From: an uncultured Erysipelotrichaceae bacterium
GTDB taxonomy: Bacteria; Bacillota_I; Bacilli_A; Erysipelotrichales; Erysipelotrichaceae
Assembly: GCA_902803785.1 (NCBI GenBank)
Contig: CADCRE010000034.1
Coordinates: 1-62,064, forward strand
Reading direction: 5' to 3'
Length of the DNA stretch: 62,064 nucleotides
Shown: positions 24,244 through 33,464 of the stretch, one piece after another
How the letters are laid out: every line of letters begins with the position of its first letter
Numbering within the stretch: position 1 is the stretch's first letter
Program-made: the position numbers and the translations under genes
Notes under the pieces: model-generated
The model's input: the letters and a program-made list of their open reading frames with translations, nothing else
Databases searched by the model: none
What the model was told of the DNA's origin: nothing

Positions 24244-26229
24244 TTACGGTTCGATCAGGCTTTCCAGAGTCTCGAACAGTTCTTCCGGTTCGACCGGTTT
24301 TGACAGATGGGCATTCAGACCGGCCCGCAGGCTTCGCTGGACGTCTTCGTCAAAAGCATTGGCGGTCAGAGCGATGATCGGGATCGACCCGCTGTCGGAA
24401 CGGCCGGAAGAACGGATGATCTTCGTGGCTTCCAGACCGTCCATTTCCGGCATGCGCAGATCCATCAGGATCGCATCGTAATAGCCTTCCGGACGATCGA
24501 AATATTTCTCCGTTGCGATCTTTCCGTTTTCGGCCAGATCGACTTCCATTTCCCGCATACTCAGGACCATCTTCATGATCTCGGCATTCACGACGACATC
24601 TTCAGCCAGAAGGATGTGACGGCCTTTCAGATCTGCACGGCGGTTTACTGTCGCATCGTTTCTCTGCCGGAAGGCTTCTCTGAATTCATCCATGACGTTT
24701 CCGGCAAACAGCGGTTTCGAAACAAAGGTATCCACGCCTGCTTTCTTCGCTTCCTCGGCAATATCGTCCCAGTTGAAGGAAGTCAGGATGATGATCGGCG
24801 TGTCATGTCCTTTGATGGACCTGATCTGTCTTGTGGTCTCCACGCCGTCCATTTCCGGCATCTTCCAGTCGACCAGGATCAGATCGTAATCCGCTCTTCT
24901 CGCATGACGCAGTTTCACCATTTCGATGCCTTCCGGACCGGATCCGGCAGTATCGCAGTGGATCCCGATCTGTCTTAAGACGATCTGGTCGTGTTCCAGT
25001 GCGATCGGATCGTCGTCGATGACCAGCACACTGATCTCGTGCGGATCCAGTTCGCTGTCGTTGACTGAATTCGTCTGGGAAGACTCGCCCAACGGTATCG
25101 TCACGGTGAAAGTCGTACCGACTCCTTTTTTGCTTTCGACTTCGATCTGTCCGTTCATCAGTTCGACGATGCTCTTGGTGATCGGCATCCCCAGTCCGGT
25201 GCTTCCATATCTGCTCGTGGAAGAAGAATCCTCCTGTGAGAACGTCTCGAAGATGTGTGGCAGATATTCCTCGCTCATACCGATACCGGTATCGGAGATG
25301 ACGAAACGTAAGGTCGTCTGAGTATCGAACCTTCTGTCTTCTTCGATCAGGAAACGTACCGATCCTCCCTGCGGTGTGAATTTTACCGCATTGCTGAGGA
25401 TGTTGATCATCACCTGTTTCAGTTTCATGGCATCGCCGATATAGTGATCGTCGATCCTGCCTTTCATGACACAGCTGTATTCCAGTCCTTTTTCTTTACA
25501 CTGTCCGTGAATGATCGTGTTGATCTGTTCCAGGCACTTGGCGAAAGAGAAATCTTCGTTCTTTATCACCATCTTTCCGGATTCGATACGGGACATATCC
25601 AGAATGTCGTTGATGATCCCCAAAAGGTGCTGAGCCGATTCACCGATCTTGGTGAGATACTCCTTGATCTGATCGGAAGCGGTCGGATCGTTCATGGCGA
25701 TATTGTTCAGGCCGATGATCGCATTCATCGGAGTGCGGATCTCATGAGACATATTGGAGAGGAAGGCGGTCTTGGCTTTACTGGCCTGATCGGCAGCTGA
25801 CAGCGCTTCTCTCAATGCGCGGTTCCTTTCCAGAGTTTCCTGCATCTCCTTGTCGATATTGGTGAATCCCATCCCGATCGCATGGACCTTGTGATCGAGC
25901 CGGTCGCCTGGATGACGTACTCCGGCCATACGGATCATCTCGTAATATTCCTTGCCGTTCCTTCTGGCCAGATAGCGATAGGCGATGATGTCCTGGGTAG
26001 ATAAGGCAGCACGGATGTTATCCGGTTCTACGAACCGAAGGAATCCTTCTTTATATTCTTCATCGACATACTCGTCTGCGTATTCGATGATCTTTTCATA
26101 GTACGGAAAGTGGACGCCGACCGGAAGCTGATCCGGATCGTTTGGATCTGATCGGTAACAGACAGCATCGTTGTTGTCGATGTCTACGTGATAGACGCTT
26201 CGGTAATCCGATGCCATTGCGGTGATCAT
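24244..26229 (-). CDS. hybrid sensor histidine kinase core (sensor module, HisKA, HATPase_c, two REC domains); downstream half of an amber-split gene
   Basis: H-box SHEIRTPMNAI. N/G boxes NAVKFT, DTGIGM and GTGLGM. Two receiver domains (LVIDDDP...DWKMPEMDG and LLAEDV...DLRMPEMDG). Confidence 0.85.
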   Translation of the reverse strand: MITAMASDYRSVYHVDIDNNDAVCYRSDPNDPDQLPVGVHFPYYEKIIEYADEYVDEEYKEGFLRFVEPDNIRAALSTQDIIAYRYLARRNGKEYYEMIRMAGVRHPGDRLDHKVHAIGMGFTNIDKEMQETLERNRALREALSAADQASKAKTAFLSNMSHEIRTPMNAIIGLNNIAMNDPTASDQIKEYLTKIGESAQHLLGIINDILDMSRIESGKMVIKNEDFSFAKCLEQINTIIHGQCKEKGLEYSCVMKGRIDDHYIGDAMKLKQVMINILSNAVKFTPQGGSVRFLIEEDRRFDTQTTLRFVISDTGIGMSEEYLPHIFETFSQEDSSSTSRYGSTGLGMPITKSIVELMNGQIEVESKKGVGTTFTVTIPLGESSQTNSVNDSELDPHEISVLVIDDDPIALEHDQIVLRQIGIHCDTAGSGPEGIEMVKLRHARRADYDLILVDWKMPEMDGVETTRQIRSIKGHDTPIIILTSFNWDDIAEEAKKAGVDTFVSKPLFAGNVMDEFREAFRQRNDATVNRRADLKGRHILLAEDVVVNAEIMKMVLSMREMEVDLAENGKIATEKYFDRPEGYYDAILMDLRMPEMDGLEATKIIRSSGRSDSGSIPIIALTANAFDEDVQRSLRAGLNAHLSKPVEPEELFETLESLIEP

Positions 26230-26247
26230 GCTGTCGAGTTCCGCCTG

Positions 26248-27636
26248 CTATTTTTCCTTCTTCAACAGTTCTTCCTGCAGTGCGATGCGCTTTTCCAGTT
26301 CTTCCTGTTTGGCCTTGCTTTCTGCTTCGGCAGTCTTGATCCTGGTCATCTCGGTGACATCCACACACAGTCCCAGCAGACACAGTCTTCCGGAATCGTC
26401 CGTAAATTTTATCTTGGTCGTCTGAAGGTTGTGGAAGATCTTTCCCGTAGCGTCTGGCACATCCTCAAAGAAGATGTAGGCATCATCCATAGACAAAGCC
26501 TTTGCGTCGTCTTCCACAAAGTGGTCTGCTGTCTCCCTGTCAAAGATCTGGTGATCGGTCAGACCGACGACTTCTTCCGGGGAGTTCTTCCCGGCATATT
26601 CGGCGAAAGCCTGGTTGCAGGCGAGATAGACTCCTGATTTCGCATCCTTGGAGAAACTCATCGCTGGCATATTCGTCATCAGTGAAGATACGGAAGCCAT
26701 GAGGTCCGCCAGTTTGGCGGCAGACTGTACCTCTTTCATCAGCCTCCTGTTTTCTTCCTCCGCCTTCCTGCCCTGTTCCAGAGCTTTTTCGACCGTGCGT
26801 TCCTGTCTGACTTCATCATCGACATCGATGAAGCCCATGGTGACGCCGATCTTCCCGCCCGGCATATATACCTTTCCGAAATGGATCCGGTAATATCTCG
26901 GGCCAGACTTCAATGCGCGCAGGAACGTGACTGCAAACCGGTTCTTCGTCTTGAACTGTTCCAGGATATACGGAATGGAGATCTGTTCCTGCATCCTGTC
27001 CCGGTCTTTCTTTGCGACCATGGTGTTGACGTATTCCGTCTTCGTTTCCGTATATTTGGCGTGACTTAAGGCGTTATGGATGGCTTCCGAGTGGACGTCA
27101 TCCATGTCTGTATGGAACAGGGAACATTTTTCGGTCACGACATCTTCGATCAGCCAAACGGTGTTGTAGTTGTTCGTCAGGGCTGAGATGACCGCATTTC
27201 TGGAAGCGGTATCGTATTCTCTCTGCTGCCGCTTTTCGGTGATGTCCGAAATGAAGACCACATAGATACCGCCGTAGGCCTTCGTTTCCGAATAATGACC
27301 GTAATCGTCTACCCAGCGGATCTCGCCGTCCTTGCGGATGATCCGATATTCCGCATAGTCCATATTGTCTTCGCTTTCATCGATCTGTTTGATGATGGAA
27401 GAAGAGATATCGTTGTAGTCGTCAGGATGGACCATTCCCTTAAACGTATAACCGGTCAGTTCCTTGAATTCATCCAGATCACGGCAGCCGTAGATATCCA
27501 GAACAGCTTTGTTTGCGTAGATCAGCGTCTCAGGTTCCTGAGCCTGATAGATGAAGAATCCCCCGGGCATATGTCCGCCGATCTCGTTGATCACATACAG
27601 TGTAGCTTCGTTTAGTTCAAATCTTCCGTCAGACAT
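26248..27636 (-). CDS. PAS/sensor-module protein; upstream half of the amber-split sensor kinase
   Basis: Two PAS-like blocks (IRKDGEIRWVDDYG... and FHNLQTTKIKFTDDSGRLCLLGLCVDVTE) plus a coiled coil. It ends at a TAG that is in frame with ORF 24244..26229. Confidence 0.8.
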   Translation of the reverse strand: MSDGRFELNEATLYVINEIGGHMPGGFFIYQAQEPETLIYANKAVLDIYGCRDLDEFKELTGYTFKGMVHPDDYNDISSSIIKQIDESEDNMDYAEYRIIRKDGEIRWVDDYGHYSETKAYGGIYVVFISDITEKRQQREYDTASRNAVISALTNNYNTVWLIEDVVTEKCSLFHTDMDDVHSEAIHNALSHAKYTETKTEYVNTMVAKKDRDRMQEQISIPYILEQFKTKNRFAVTFLRALKSGPRYYRIHFGKVYMPGGKIGVTMGFIDVDDEVRQERTVEKALEQGRKAEEENRRLMKEVQSAAKLADLMASVSSLMTNMPAMSFSKDAKSGVYLACNQAFAEYAGKNSPEEVVGLTDHQIFDRETADHFVEDDAKALSMDDAYIFFEDVPDATGKIFHNLQTTKIKFTDDSGRLCLLGLCVDVTEMTRIKTAEAESKAKQEELEKRIALQEELLKKEK

Positions 27637-27745
27637 GATCCAGCCTCCCTTACATTATTTTCGTTCTTCAAAAACATCCCGTTTCCGGATAAACATTATT
27701 AATTTAATTATATCTGTTCGGTCATTACTTTGTATCTCTTAGTGG

Positions 27746-28366
27746 TCAGATGCGGATCTTTTTCTGCAGTTTCGCGAATCGCGGGATCAGCAGGTCACAG
27801 ATCTTTCCGGGAAGGAAGGCATTCAGGATCGTTCCGATGCCGATGGTCCCGCCGAGGATGATCGCCAGAAGCAAGGCCAGGCAGTTGTATATGATCTGTC
27901 CGGTACCGTAAGACTGTTTTATCTTGCCTGCGATCGTCTGTATCAGCATGTCTGCCGGCTGCAGCCCGTAATTGAGCGGGATATACCACGACAGAGCGAG
28001 GGACAGGAAGAATACGCCCAGAAGACAGAAGATCAGTTTTCCGAAAAAGGAAGACGGGACGATCGGTGTCAGCAGGGAAGTGAAGACGTTGACGAAAGGT
28101 CCCAGAAAGAAACCCATGACGATCGAACCGACACCGATGAAACGGCTCTTCATCAGGATAAAGATGAGAAGGACGATGACATTATATAGAAAGACGATCG
28201 TACCGACGGGAATATGGATCAGATCAGACAGGGCCGACTGAAAGGATGCGTTCGCATCGGAACCGATCCCGGCGGTCACGCTCAAGGAAATGCCCAGGGC
28301 GAGTATGACGACGGATGGGATCAGGATGATGATCTGTTTCAGGACCTTTTTCATATCCATAATCAT
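27746..28366 (-). CDS. YczE-like polytopic membrane protein
   Basis: 206 aa with about 5-6 TM helices. LGISLSVTAGIGSDANASF motif is reminiscent of the YczE/DUF6198 family. Confidence 0.6.
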   Translation of the reverse strand: MIMDMKKVLKQIIILIPSVVILALGISLSVTAGIGSDANASFQSALSDLIHIPVGTIVFLYNVIVLLIFILMKSRFIGVGSIVMGFFLGPFVNVFTSLLTPIVPSSFFGKLIFCLLGVFFLSLALSWYIPLNYGLQPADMLIQTIAGKIKQSYGTGQIIYNCLALLLAIILGGTIGIGTILNAFLPGKICDLLIPRFAKLQKKIRI

Positions 28367-28405
28367 ATCAGATTTTCGGTATAATGTTGGAAAAGAGGTG
28401 GCGGT

Positions 28406-29089
28406 ATGATCACGACGATACTTTGGGATGTGGATGGGACTCTACTGGATTTCAAGGCAGCGGAGAAGGCGGCTGTCCGGAACCTGTTTGAAGAATTCGG
28501 ACTGGGAGAATGCACGGACGAGATGATCGCGCGTTATTCCTTCATCAATGAGATCTGGTGGCAGAGACTGGAACGCAACGAGATCACGAAGCCGGAAGTA
28601 CTGAACGGAAGGTTCCGTCAGTTCTTCGGGGAATACGGGATCGATCCGGATCTTGCGGAGAAGTTCAATCAGAGATATCAGCTGGCACTGGGCGATACGA
28701 TCGTCTATCGGGATGACAGTTACGAGATCGTGAAGAGCCTGAAAGGCAAAGTGAAACAGTATGTGGTCTCCAACGGGACAGTCATCGCTCAGACAAAGAA
28801 ACTGAAGGCATCGGGTTTCGATGAACTGATGGACGGTATCTTCCTTTCGGAAGAGATCGGCTGTGAGAAGCCGAACATCGGATTCTTCGGACCGGTATTT
28901 GAAACGATAGAAGAAAAAAGACGGTCACAGATCGTGATCGTCGGCGATTCGCTGACAAGCGATATCAGAGGCGGGATGAATGCGGGCATCGTGACCTGCT
29001 GGTACGACCCGGAAAAGAAAGAGATCCCGGAAGGCTACCGGATCGATCATGTGATCGCCGACCTCCACGAGATCTATTCTCTTATCTAA
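28406..29089 (+). CDS. HAD-IA hydrolase, YjjG-like (noncanonical pyrimidine nucleotidase type)
   Basis: WDVDGTLLD motif I, SNG motif II, GDSLTSDIRGG motif IV. 227 aa. Confidence 0.7.
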   Translation: MITTILWDVDGTLLDFKAAEKAAVRNLFEEFGLGECTDEMIARYSFINEIWWQRLERNEITKPEVLNGRFRQFFGEYGIDPDLAEKFNQRYQLALGDTIVYRDDSYEIVKSLKGKVKQYVVSNGTVIAQTKKLKASGFDELMDGIFLSEEIGCEKPNIGFFGPVFETIEEKRRSQIVIVGDSLTSDIRGGMNAGIVTCWYDPEKKEIPEGYRIDHVIADLHEIYSLI

Positions 29090-29639
29090 GCAGTTCCAGA
29101 CATTTCTCCGGTTCCGGAGCGAAGAGGGATCTTATCTTTACCTTTTTCTCCAGACCGTTTTCTTTCAGCATCTCACTTAAGACATCCATCAGGATGCCTT
29201 TTCCTTTGTCCAGATGACAGGTGGAGAGGACTTCTTCCAGATCGTTCCTTCCGTCGAAGGCTCCGATGTAGTCTCCGTAACAGGTGTAGTCGACACCGCA
29301 GCTCGGGGATCCGTCGATCCCGACGATGCCCAGTACTTCGAACATGTCTTCATTCTGAAGGTATTCCTTCAATTGATCGAGGACCGGCTCCAGGATCTTT
29401 CGGCAGTGTTTCCGGAAGAAAGGATTGTCGAACTGATCGGAGACATGTCCCCAGCGTCTGGCGCCGTAGAGAGTGAATTCCGGGCAGGGGAGCTGGATGA
29501 TCTGAATGCCGTTTTCGAGTGCTTTCTTCAGGAAACGAAGACGCAGGTCTTCTTCCGCATCGATCTCTTCCTGATTGTACAGGACGACCTTACTGGCGGT
29601 ATTCAGGATGCAGTGGGAGACGAATACGATCTTTTTCAT
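29082..29639 (-). CDS. DUF523/TudS-related putative [4Fe-4S] desulfidase
   Basis: Three spaced Cys contexts (VSHCILNT, LPCPEF, GSPSCGV) match the DUF523 cluster ligands. 185 aa. Confidence 0.6.
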   Translation of the reverse strand: MKKIVFVSHCILNTASKVVLYNQEEIDAEEDLRLRFLKKALENGIQIIQLPCPEFTLYGARRWGHVSDQFDNPFFRKHCRKILEPVLDQLKEYLQNEDMFEVLGIVGIDGSPSCGVDYTCYGDYIGAFDGRNDLEEVLSTCHLDKGKGILMDVLSEMLKENGLEKKVKIRSLFAPEPEKCLELLR

Positions 29640-31117
29640 ATGTTCAGCTTACGGTCCTTCGGCCAGGAGATGTTATAGGCGAGAGAGAAGGTCCTGGTTT
29701 CGGAAGGTCCCAGATCGAATTCCCAGGTGAGCTCTCCGCTGTCTTCTTCCTTCTTGGCTCCGGAAAGAGTGACCTCATCGATCACGATGGTCTTATCCAT
29801 GGAGACCGGGATCTGATCCAGTAAGGTAACGGAACAGTTCCTGTTTTTGGAAGAGGTGATCTTAAGCTCATATTCATATTCGGTCTTCTTCTGACCTTTC
29901 AGGAGGACATTCGAAGTATATTTCTTTTTCTGATCCCTCTTGAGACGGATGGATTCATCTCTTCCCAGAGAGATATCGTAGTTTTCCTTGGAGAGATCGG
30001 GATCCACGTACACTTCACCGATGTAGATACCTTTGTGATAGACCTTGGCAGATGTGCTGATCAGTTCTTCGATATCAGCTGTTTTGACTTCAGCTGCCAG
30101 ATAGCCGCAACTGTCCAGTTTCGGTACGGCGATGACGTGGTAACGGCACGGGACGGTCTTCGCTTCGATGTTGATACTGATCTCTTTCCCTGAGGCGATG
30201 TCCCAGAGTCCGGACAGTTCATATTCGGTCATCGTATCTTCCTCGGAGGAGGATCCGTAGACCGGTGCCACATCTCTCATTGCAGCGTCTTCGTCCATCA
30301 TCGTTTCTTCCGCGACTTCTTCGTTCACGGCATAGTTCATCGACATGGCCGCTTTCATCATCATCCTGCCGCCGTTGAACTGAGGTTCCTGATAGAAATC
30401 GATCCTGTTCGGATAGAGGACAGGAATATCTCCGGAGGCCATCGGGTTTCCGGTATAAAGGCTGACTTTCACGCAGGAAAGGTCTTCCGATGTATTCTGG
30501 GTGATCATTCCTTTTAACAGGATACTGAGATCGTTCTCTTCTGTGGTGTGGATCTCATAGATCGGATACCAGCCCGCGTTGTGATCGAGATAACGCAATG
30601 CGAAAGGATAGTCTCCGTCTTCCGGAGCTTCGATATCGGCTTTGACCAGTACGACATTGGCGTCTTTCTTTTTCTCTTTCAGCTGTCTGTTCAGAACTTT
30701 CTGTTCCTTCTCCAGTTCACCGATCTGCGTATAGATCGTTTCCAGCCTTTCCGGCAGCTTTTCGATATAGGAAGACATCTCATCCACATTCAATGATTCC
30801 CGGGCTGAGAAGTCCGCGTTCGTCTTCCACATCTCGATCTGTGCCTTCTTGATGTCGATCCGATCGGAGATCTCTTTTATCCTGTGTTCGAGTTCTTCCG
30901 TGACCCCTTCCTTCCATTCCTGATCCGGTCTCTGTACCTGCACGTTGGAACCGGAAAGGTCCTCCGGCAGAGAAAGAGTCAGGGTAGCCTGATCCAGAGT
31001 CTGCGGCAATGCATCCAGAACGATACTGTTATGGCCTTTGTGAAGGTTCACCGTACCGTTTCGGCTGATGAAACAGCCGGTCCGATAGACGGCGATCTCT
31101 TTGACGATACTTTTCAT
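29636..31117 (-). CDS. DUF4139-like protein (MuiA-like family), unknown function
   Basis: Start set at the ATG at 31115-31117 behind AGGAGA. Long coiled-coil insert (IKKAQIEMW...LEKEQKVLNRQLKEKKK) between beta-rich domains. ATGA overlap with the next gene. Family assignment is from memory. Confidence 0.6.
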   Translation of the reverse strand: MKSIVKEIAVYRTGCFISRNGTVNLHKGHNSIVLDALPQTLDQATLTLSLPEDLSGSNVQVQRPDQEWKEGVTEELEHRIKEISDRIDIKKAQIEMWKTNADFSARESLNVDEMSSYIEKLPERLETIYTQIGELEKEQKVLNRQLKEKKKDANVVLVKADIEAPEDGDYPFALRYLDHNAGWYPIYEIHTTEENDLSILLKGMITQNTSEDLSCVKVSLYTGNPMASGDIPVLYPNRIDFYQEPQFNGGRMMMKAAMSMNYAVNEEVAEETMMDEDAAMRDVAPVYGSSSEEDTMTEYELSGLWDIASGKEISINIEAKTVPCRYHVIAVPKLDSCGYLAAEVKTADIEELISTSAKVYHKGIYIGEVYVDPDLSKENYDISLGRDESIRLKRDQKKKYTSNVLLKGQKKTEYEYELKITSSKNRNCSVTLLDQIPVSMDKTIVIDEVTLSGAKKEEDSGELTWEFDLGPSETRTFSLAYNISWPKDRKLNI

Positions 31118-31165
31118 ATTGTTTCTCCTGATTTCCTTATCATCATTATAAAACATTTCAGGCAT

Positions 31166-31191
31166 GAAAAAAGCCGTACGGTGTACGGCTT
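31166..31191 (-). terminator. intrinsic terminator of ulaG
   Basis: AAGCCGTAC pairs with GTACGGCTT, with a T6 run on the minus strand. Confidence 0.8.
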
Positions 31192-31200
31192 GTGTGTCTC

Positions 31201-32280
31201 TTACAGGAAGGAACGGAACGGCAGGTTGATATCTTCGGTGAAGACATCGTCGAATCCGCGGTAGTGGTGGTATTCGATCCTGTCCTTGTCATCCGGCCAC
31301 GTGAAGTGTCCGCCGACTTCCCAGATGAACGGTTTGAACTTGTACTGGAGTCTGTTTCTTCTCATGTACCAGAGGACCAGGATCTCCTTGGTGTCAGCCT
31401 GGAAGTTCGTCCACAGATCGTGATGATAAGGGATGACGACATCACAGTTGAGGTCTTCTGCCATTCTCAGGATATCGCTGGAAGTCATCTTGTCGGTGAT
31501 ACCTCTCGGGTTCTCTCCGAAGGAACCGAAGGCGACGTTGATCTTGTATTCGTTTCCGTGTTTTGCGTACATGTTTCCGAAGTGGCTGTCACCGCTGTGG
31601 TAGACAGTTCCTGCCGGAGTTTCGATGATGTAGGAAACAGCTCTTTCATCCATGTCGTCACAAGGAAGACCTTTGATGGATCCCTTTGGAGGCGGAGTGA
31701 TCAGGATCGTTCTGTCGACAGATTCGACTGCATGGATCTTGATGTCGCCGACTTCGACGATATCGCCCGGTCTTACAGTGACACATCTGTCCTCAGGAAC
31801 GCCCCAGGATTTCCACAGATCGGTCGCAGCTTTCGGACCGATGAACGGGATCGGTTTCTCTACGTTCTGCAGGATCGCTGCAGCGACGTTGATATCGATA
31901 TGATCGGAATGAGTATGGGAAGCAAGCAATGCATCCAGTTTCTTGATCTTGAACGGATCGATGACACATGGGATCGCTCTGAGGTTCGGTTGCATCGTTC
32001 TTGCGCCGGACATTCTGGCCATCTGATGGTCCGGATCGATCTTTCTGATCGTGCCGTCTGCGTTGTAGTGACTGTTCTTGCCGGTGGAGACCCAAAGGTC
32101 GACCATGACATTGGTATTGCCTTCGGATTTGACCCAGATACCGGTGTTGCCGAGCCACCACATCTTGAACTTGCCTTTCTCAACGACCGCTTCTTCGATC
32201 TCTTCGTTGAGATAGGAGCCCCACTCCGGGAAAGTCTTCAGGATCCAACTTTCACGAGTTACATCTTTAACGTTTGCCAT
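31201..32280 (-). CDS. ulaG: L-ascorbate-6-phosphate lactonase UlaG (metallo-beta-lactamase fold)
   Basis: [22 protein letters not shown]...[24 protein letters not shown] is near-collinear with E. coli UlaG. HTHSDH motif present. Confidence 0.9.
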   Translation of the reverse strand: MANVKDVTRESWILKTFPEWGSYLNEEIEEAVVEKGKFKMWWLGNTGIWVKSEGNTNVMVDLWVSTGKNSHYNADGTIRKIDPDHQMARMSGARTMQPNLRAIPCVIDPFKIKKLDALLASHTHSDHIDINVAAAILQNVEKPIPFIGPKAATDLWKSWGVPEDRCVTVRPGDIVEVGDIKIHAVESVDRTILITPPPKGSIKGLPCDDMDERAVSYIIETPAGTVYHSGDSHFGNMYAKHGNEYKINVAFGSFGENPRGITDKMTSSDILRMAEDLNCDVVIPYHHDLWTNFQADTKEILVLWYMRRNRLQYKFKPFIWEVGGHFTWPDDKDRIEYHHYRGFDDVFTEDINLPFRSFL

Positions 32281-32362
32281 TATAGTGAATTCCTCCTTGT
32301 ATGGGCATCTCTTAATTCTATTTTATTTTAAAAGAGGATTTTCGGAAAGGGGGATTTAAAAA

Positions 32363-33148
32363 CTACATCTGTTCGATGTAGTCTTTCATTGGTTTGTTGT
32401 TGGCGGTGATGTTTTTGAGACGTTCCCTGCACTGACTGAACAGTTCACTGTTTCCGGTCTTTCCGGCTGCCGTCATCTTCGCCAGCAGGTAATGCATCAG
32501 TTCACGCATATTCATCTTGGATTCATCCACATCGTTCAGATAACGCAGAGCTCCCTGATAGTCTCCTTCGTAGTTCTTGTGCTGACCGTTGACGACTTCC
32601 CAGTTGAAATAGTAGGCGCCTTTCTGTCTCTTTCCCTTCTGGTTCTTCTGATCGCGCAGACGGATCAGCTGTTTGAAAGCTTCGTTGCTTTTGCCGCGGT
32701 TTCCGCTTTCTCCCTGTGCCTGCATCAGACAGTAGCGGGAGGTGATATTGACGTCGTAGTCTTCGATTCCTTCCTTCTCCAGTTTCGAGATGTAGCGCTT
32801 TACTTCTTCGAATTCCCGCAGGTCGGTCATCGCCAGCATCCGCATCATCTGACAGGAAGTCGGGAAGGCTTTGAAGAAGTCGTATTTTTCAATGAAAGAT
32901 ACCAGCTTCAGGGCGACAGCCGGCTTACTGTCGATGGTCAGACGTTTGGTCGCGATATCGTAAAGGACGCGCAGTGTCTCATAGGCACAGGCGACGCAGC
33001 CCAGAAGCAGGATAAATATATTGAAGAACCTCTGTCCGTTCGATTTTGTCTTGATGATCGAATAGATCATGAAGCCGAAGAAGAAGAGGTAGAGTGCCGG
33101 TATCAGCAGCAGACGGAGATAATAGGAGATCTGGAATTTCGTTTTCAT
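32363..33148 (-). CDS. hypothetical membrane protein (2 N-terminal TM helices plus a helical-repeat C-terminus)
   Basis: 261 aa. No catalytic motif recognised. Confidence 0.55.
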   Translation of the reverse strand: MKTKFQISYYLRLLLIPALYLFFFGFMIYSIIKTKSNGQRFFNIFILLLGCVACAYETLRVLYDIATKRLTIDSKPAVALKLVSFIEKYDFFKAFPTSCQMMRMLAMTDLREFEEVKRYISKLEKEGIEDYDVNITSRYCLMQAQGESGNRGKSNEAFKQLIRLRDQKNQKGKRQKGAYYFNWEVVNGQHKNYEGDYQGALRYLNDVDESKMNMRELMHYLLAKMTAAGKTGNSELFSQCRERLKNITANNKPMKDYIEQM

Positions 33149-33223
33149 ATGTTTAGTATAACTTTTTTGAATCTGTTAGGAAAAGCCGTTTTGATTGCGA
33201 ATAATATAATGAGGTAAAAGTTT

Positions 33224-33337
33224 ATGAATTCATTTTATCTCGTATGGCTTGCTTGCAGGAGTGTATGTATGGAGATCGACCTGGTATTCTGGGTGATCTG
33301 CATCATCTATTACACTGTTAAAGTCGTAAACAGATAA
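33224..33337 (+). CDS. candidate 37-aa hydrophobic micro-protein (below the ORF-track cutoff)
   Basis: ATG at 33224 preceded by GAGGT. Translation MNSFYLVWLACRSVCMEIDLVFWVICIIYYTVKVVNR. A GAAAGGGAGC/GCTCCCTTTC hairpin lies at 33364-33390. Confidence 0.25.
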   Translation: MNSFYLVWLACRSVCMEIDLVFWVICIIYYTVKVVNR

Positions 33338-33464
33338 TCTACACGGACAGGCGAGCCATACAGAAAGGGAGCACTGCAATGCTCCCTTTCCTCTGCTCAC
33401 AGAAGTGATGTACTTATAATATACTACTTTGCGTATTCCGATTCAATTGTTCTATAATCATCTT

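Noticed and set aside
26227-26250. The in-frame TAG in the sensor kinase as a programmed pyrrolysine or other recoding site.
   Set aside because: I saw no pyl genes, no PYLIS-like element and no other TAG-containing genes in the window. A nonsense mutation or sequencing error is the more parsimonious explanation. It is kept only as an alternative in the finding.
31192-32331. Very long ORFs antisense to real genes. Examples are 31192..32331 opposite ulaG, 54730..56223 opposite the M20 and lipoprotein genes, 40951..41943, 20755..21642, 21718..22704, 22644..23414, 23314..24168, 14146..14913, 1877..2611, 9625..10296 and 32492..33217.
   Set aside because: These ORFs are codon-aligned with the sense gene. 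In the two cases I checked, 31192 shares the phase of the ulaG codons and 1877 shares the phase of the 1922 gene. An antisense stop in that phase requires the sense codons TTA, CTA or TCA, which this genome largely avoids. Their translations are low-complexity and D/R/H/I-rich, with no motifs. Genes that do use TTA (PTS EIIC-EIID, ulaA) lack such antisense ORFs, as this explanation predicts.
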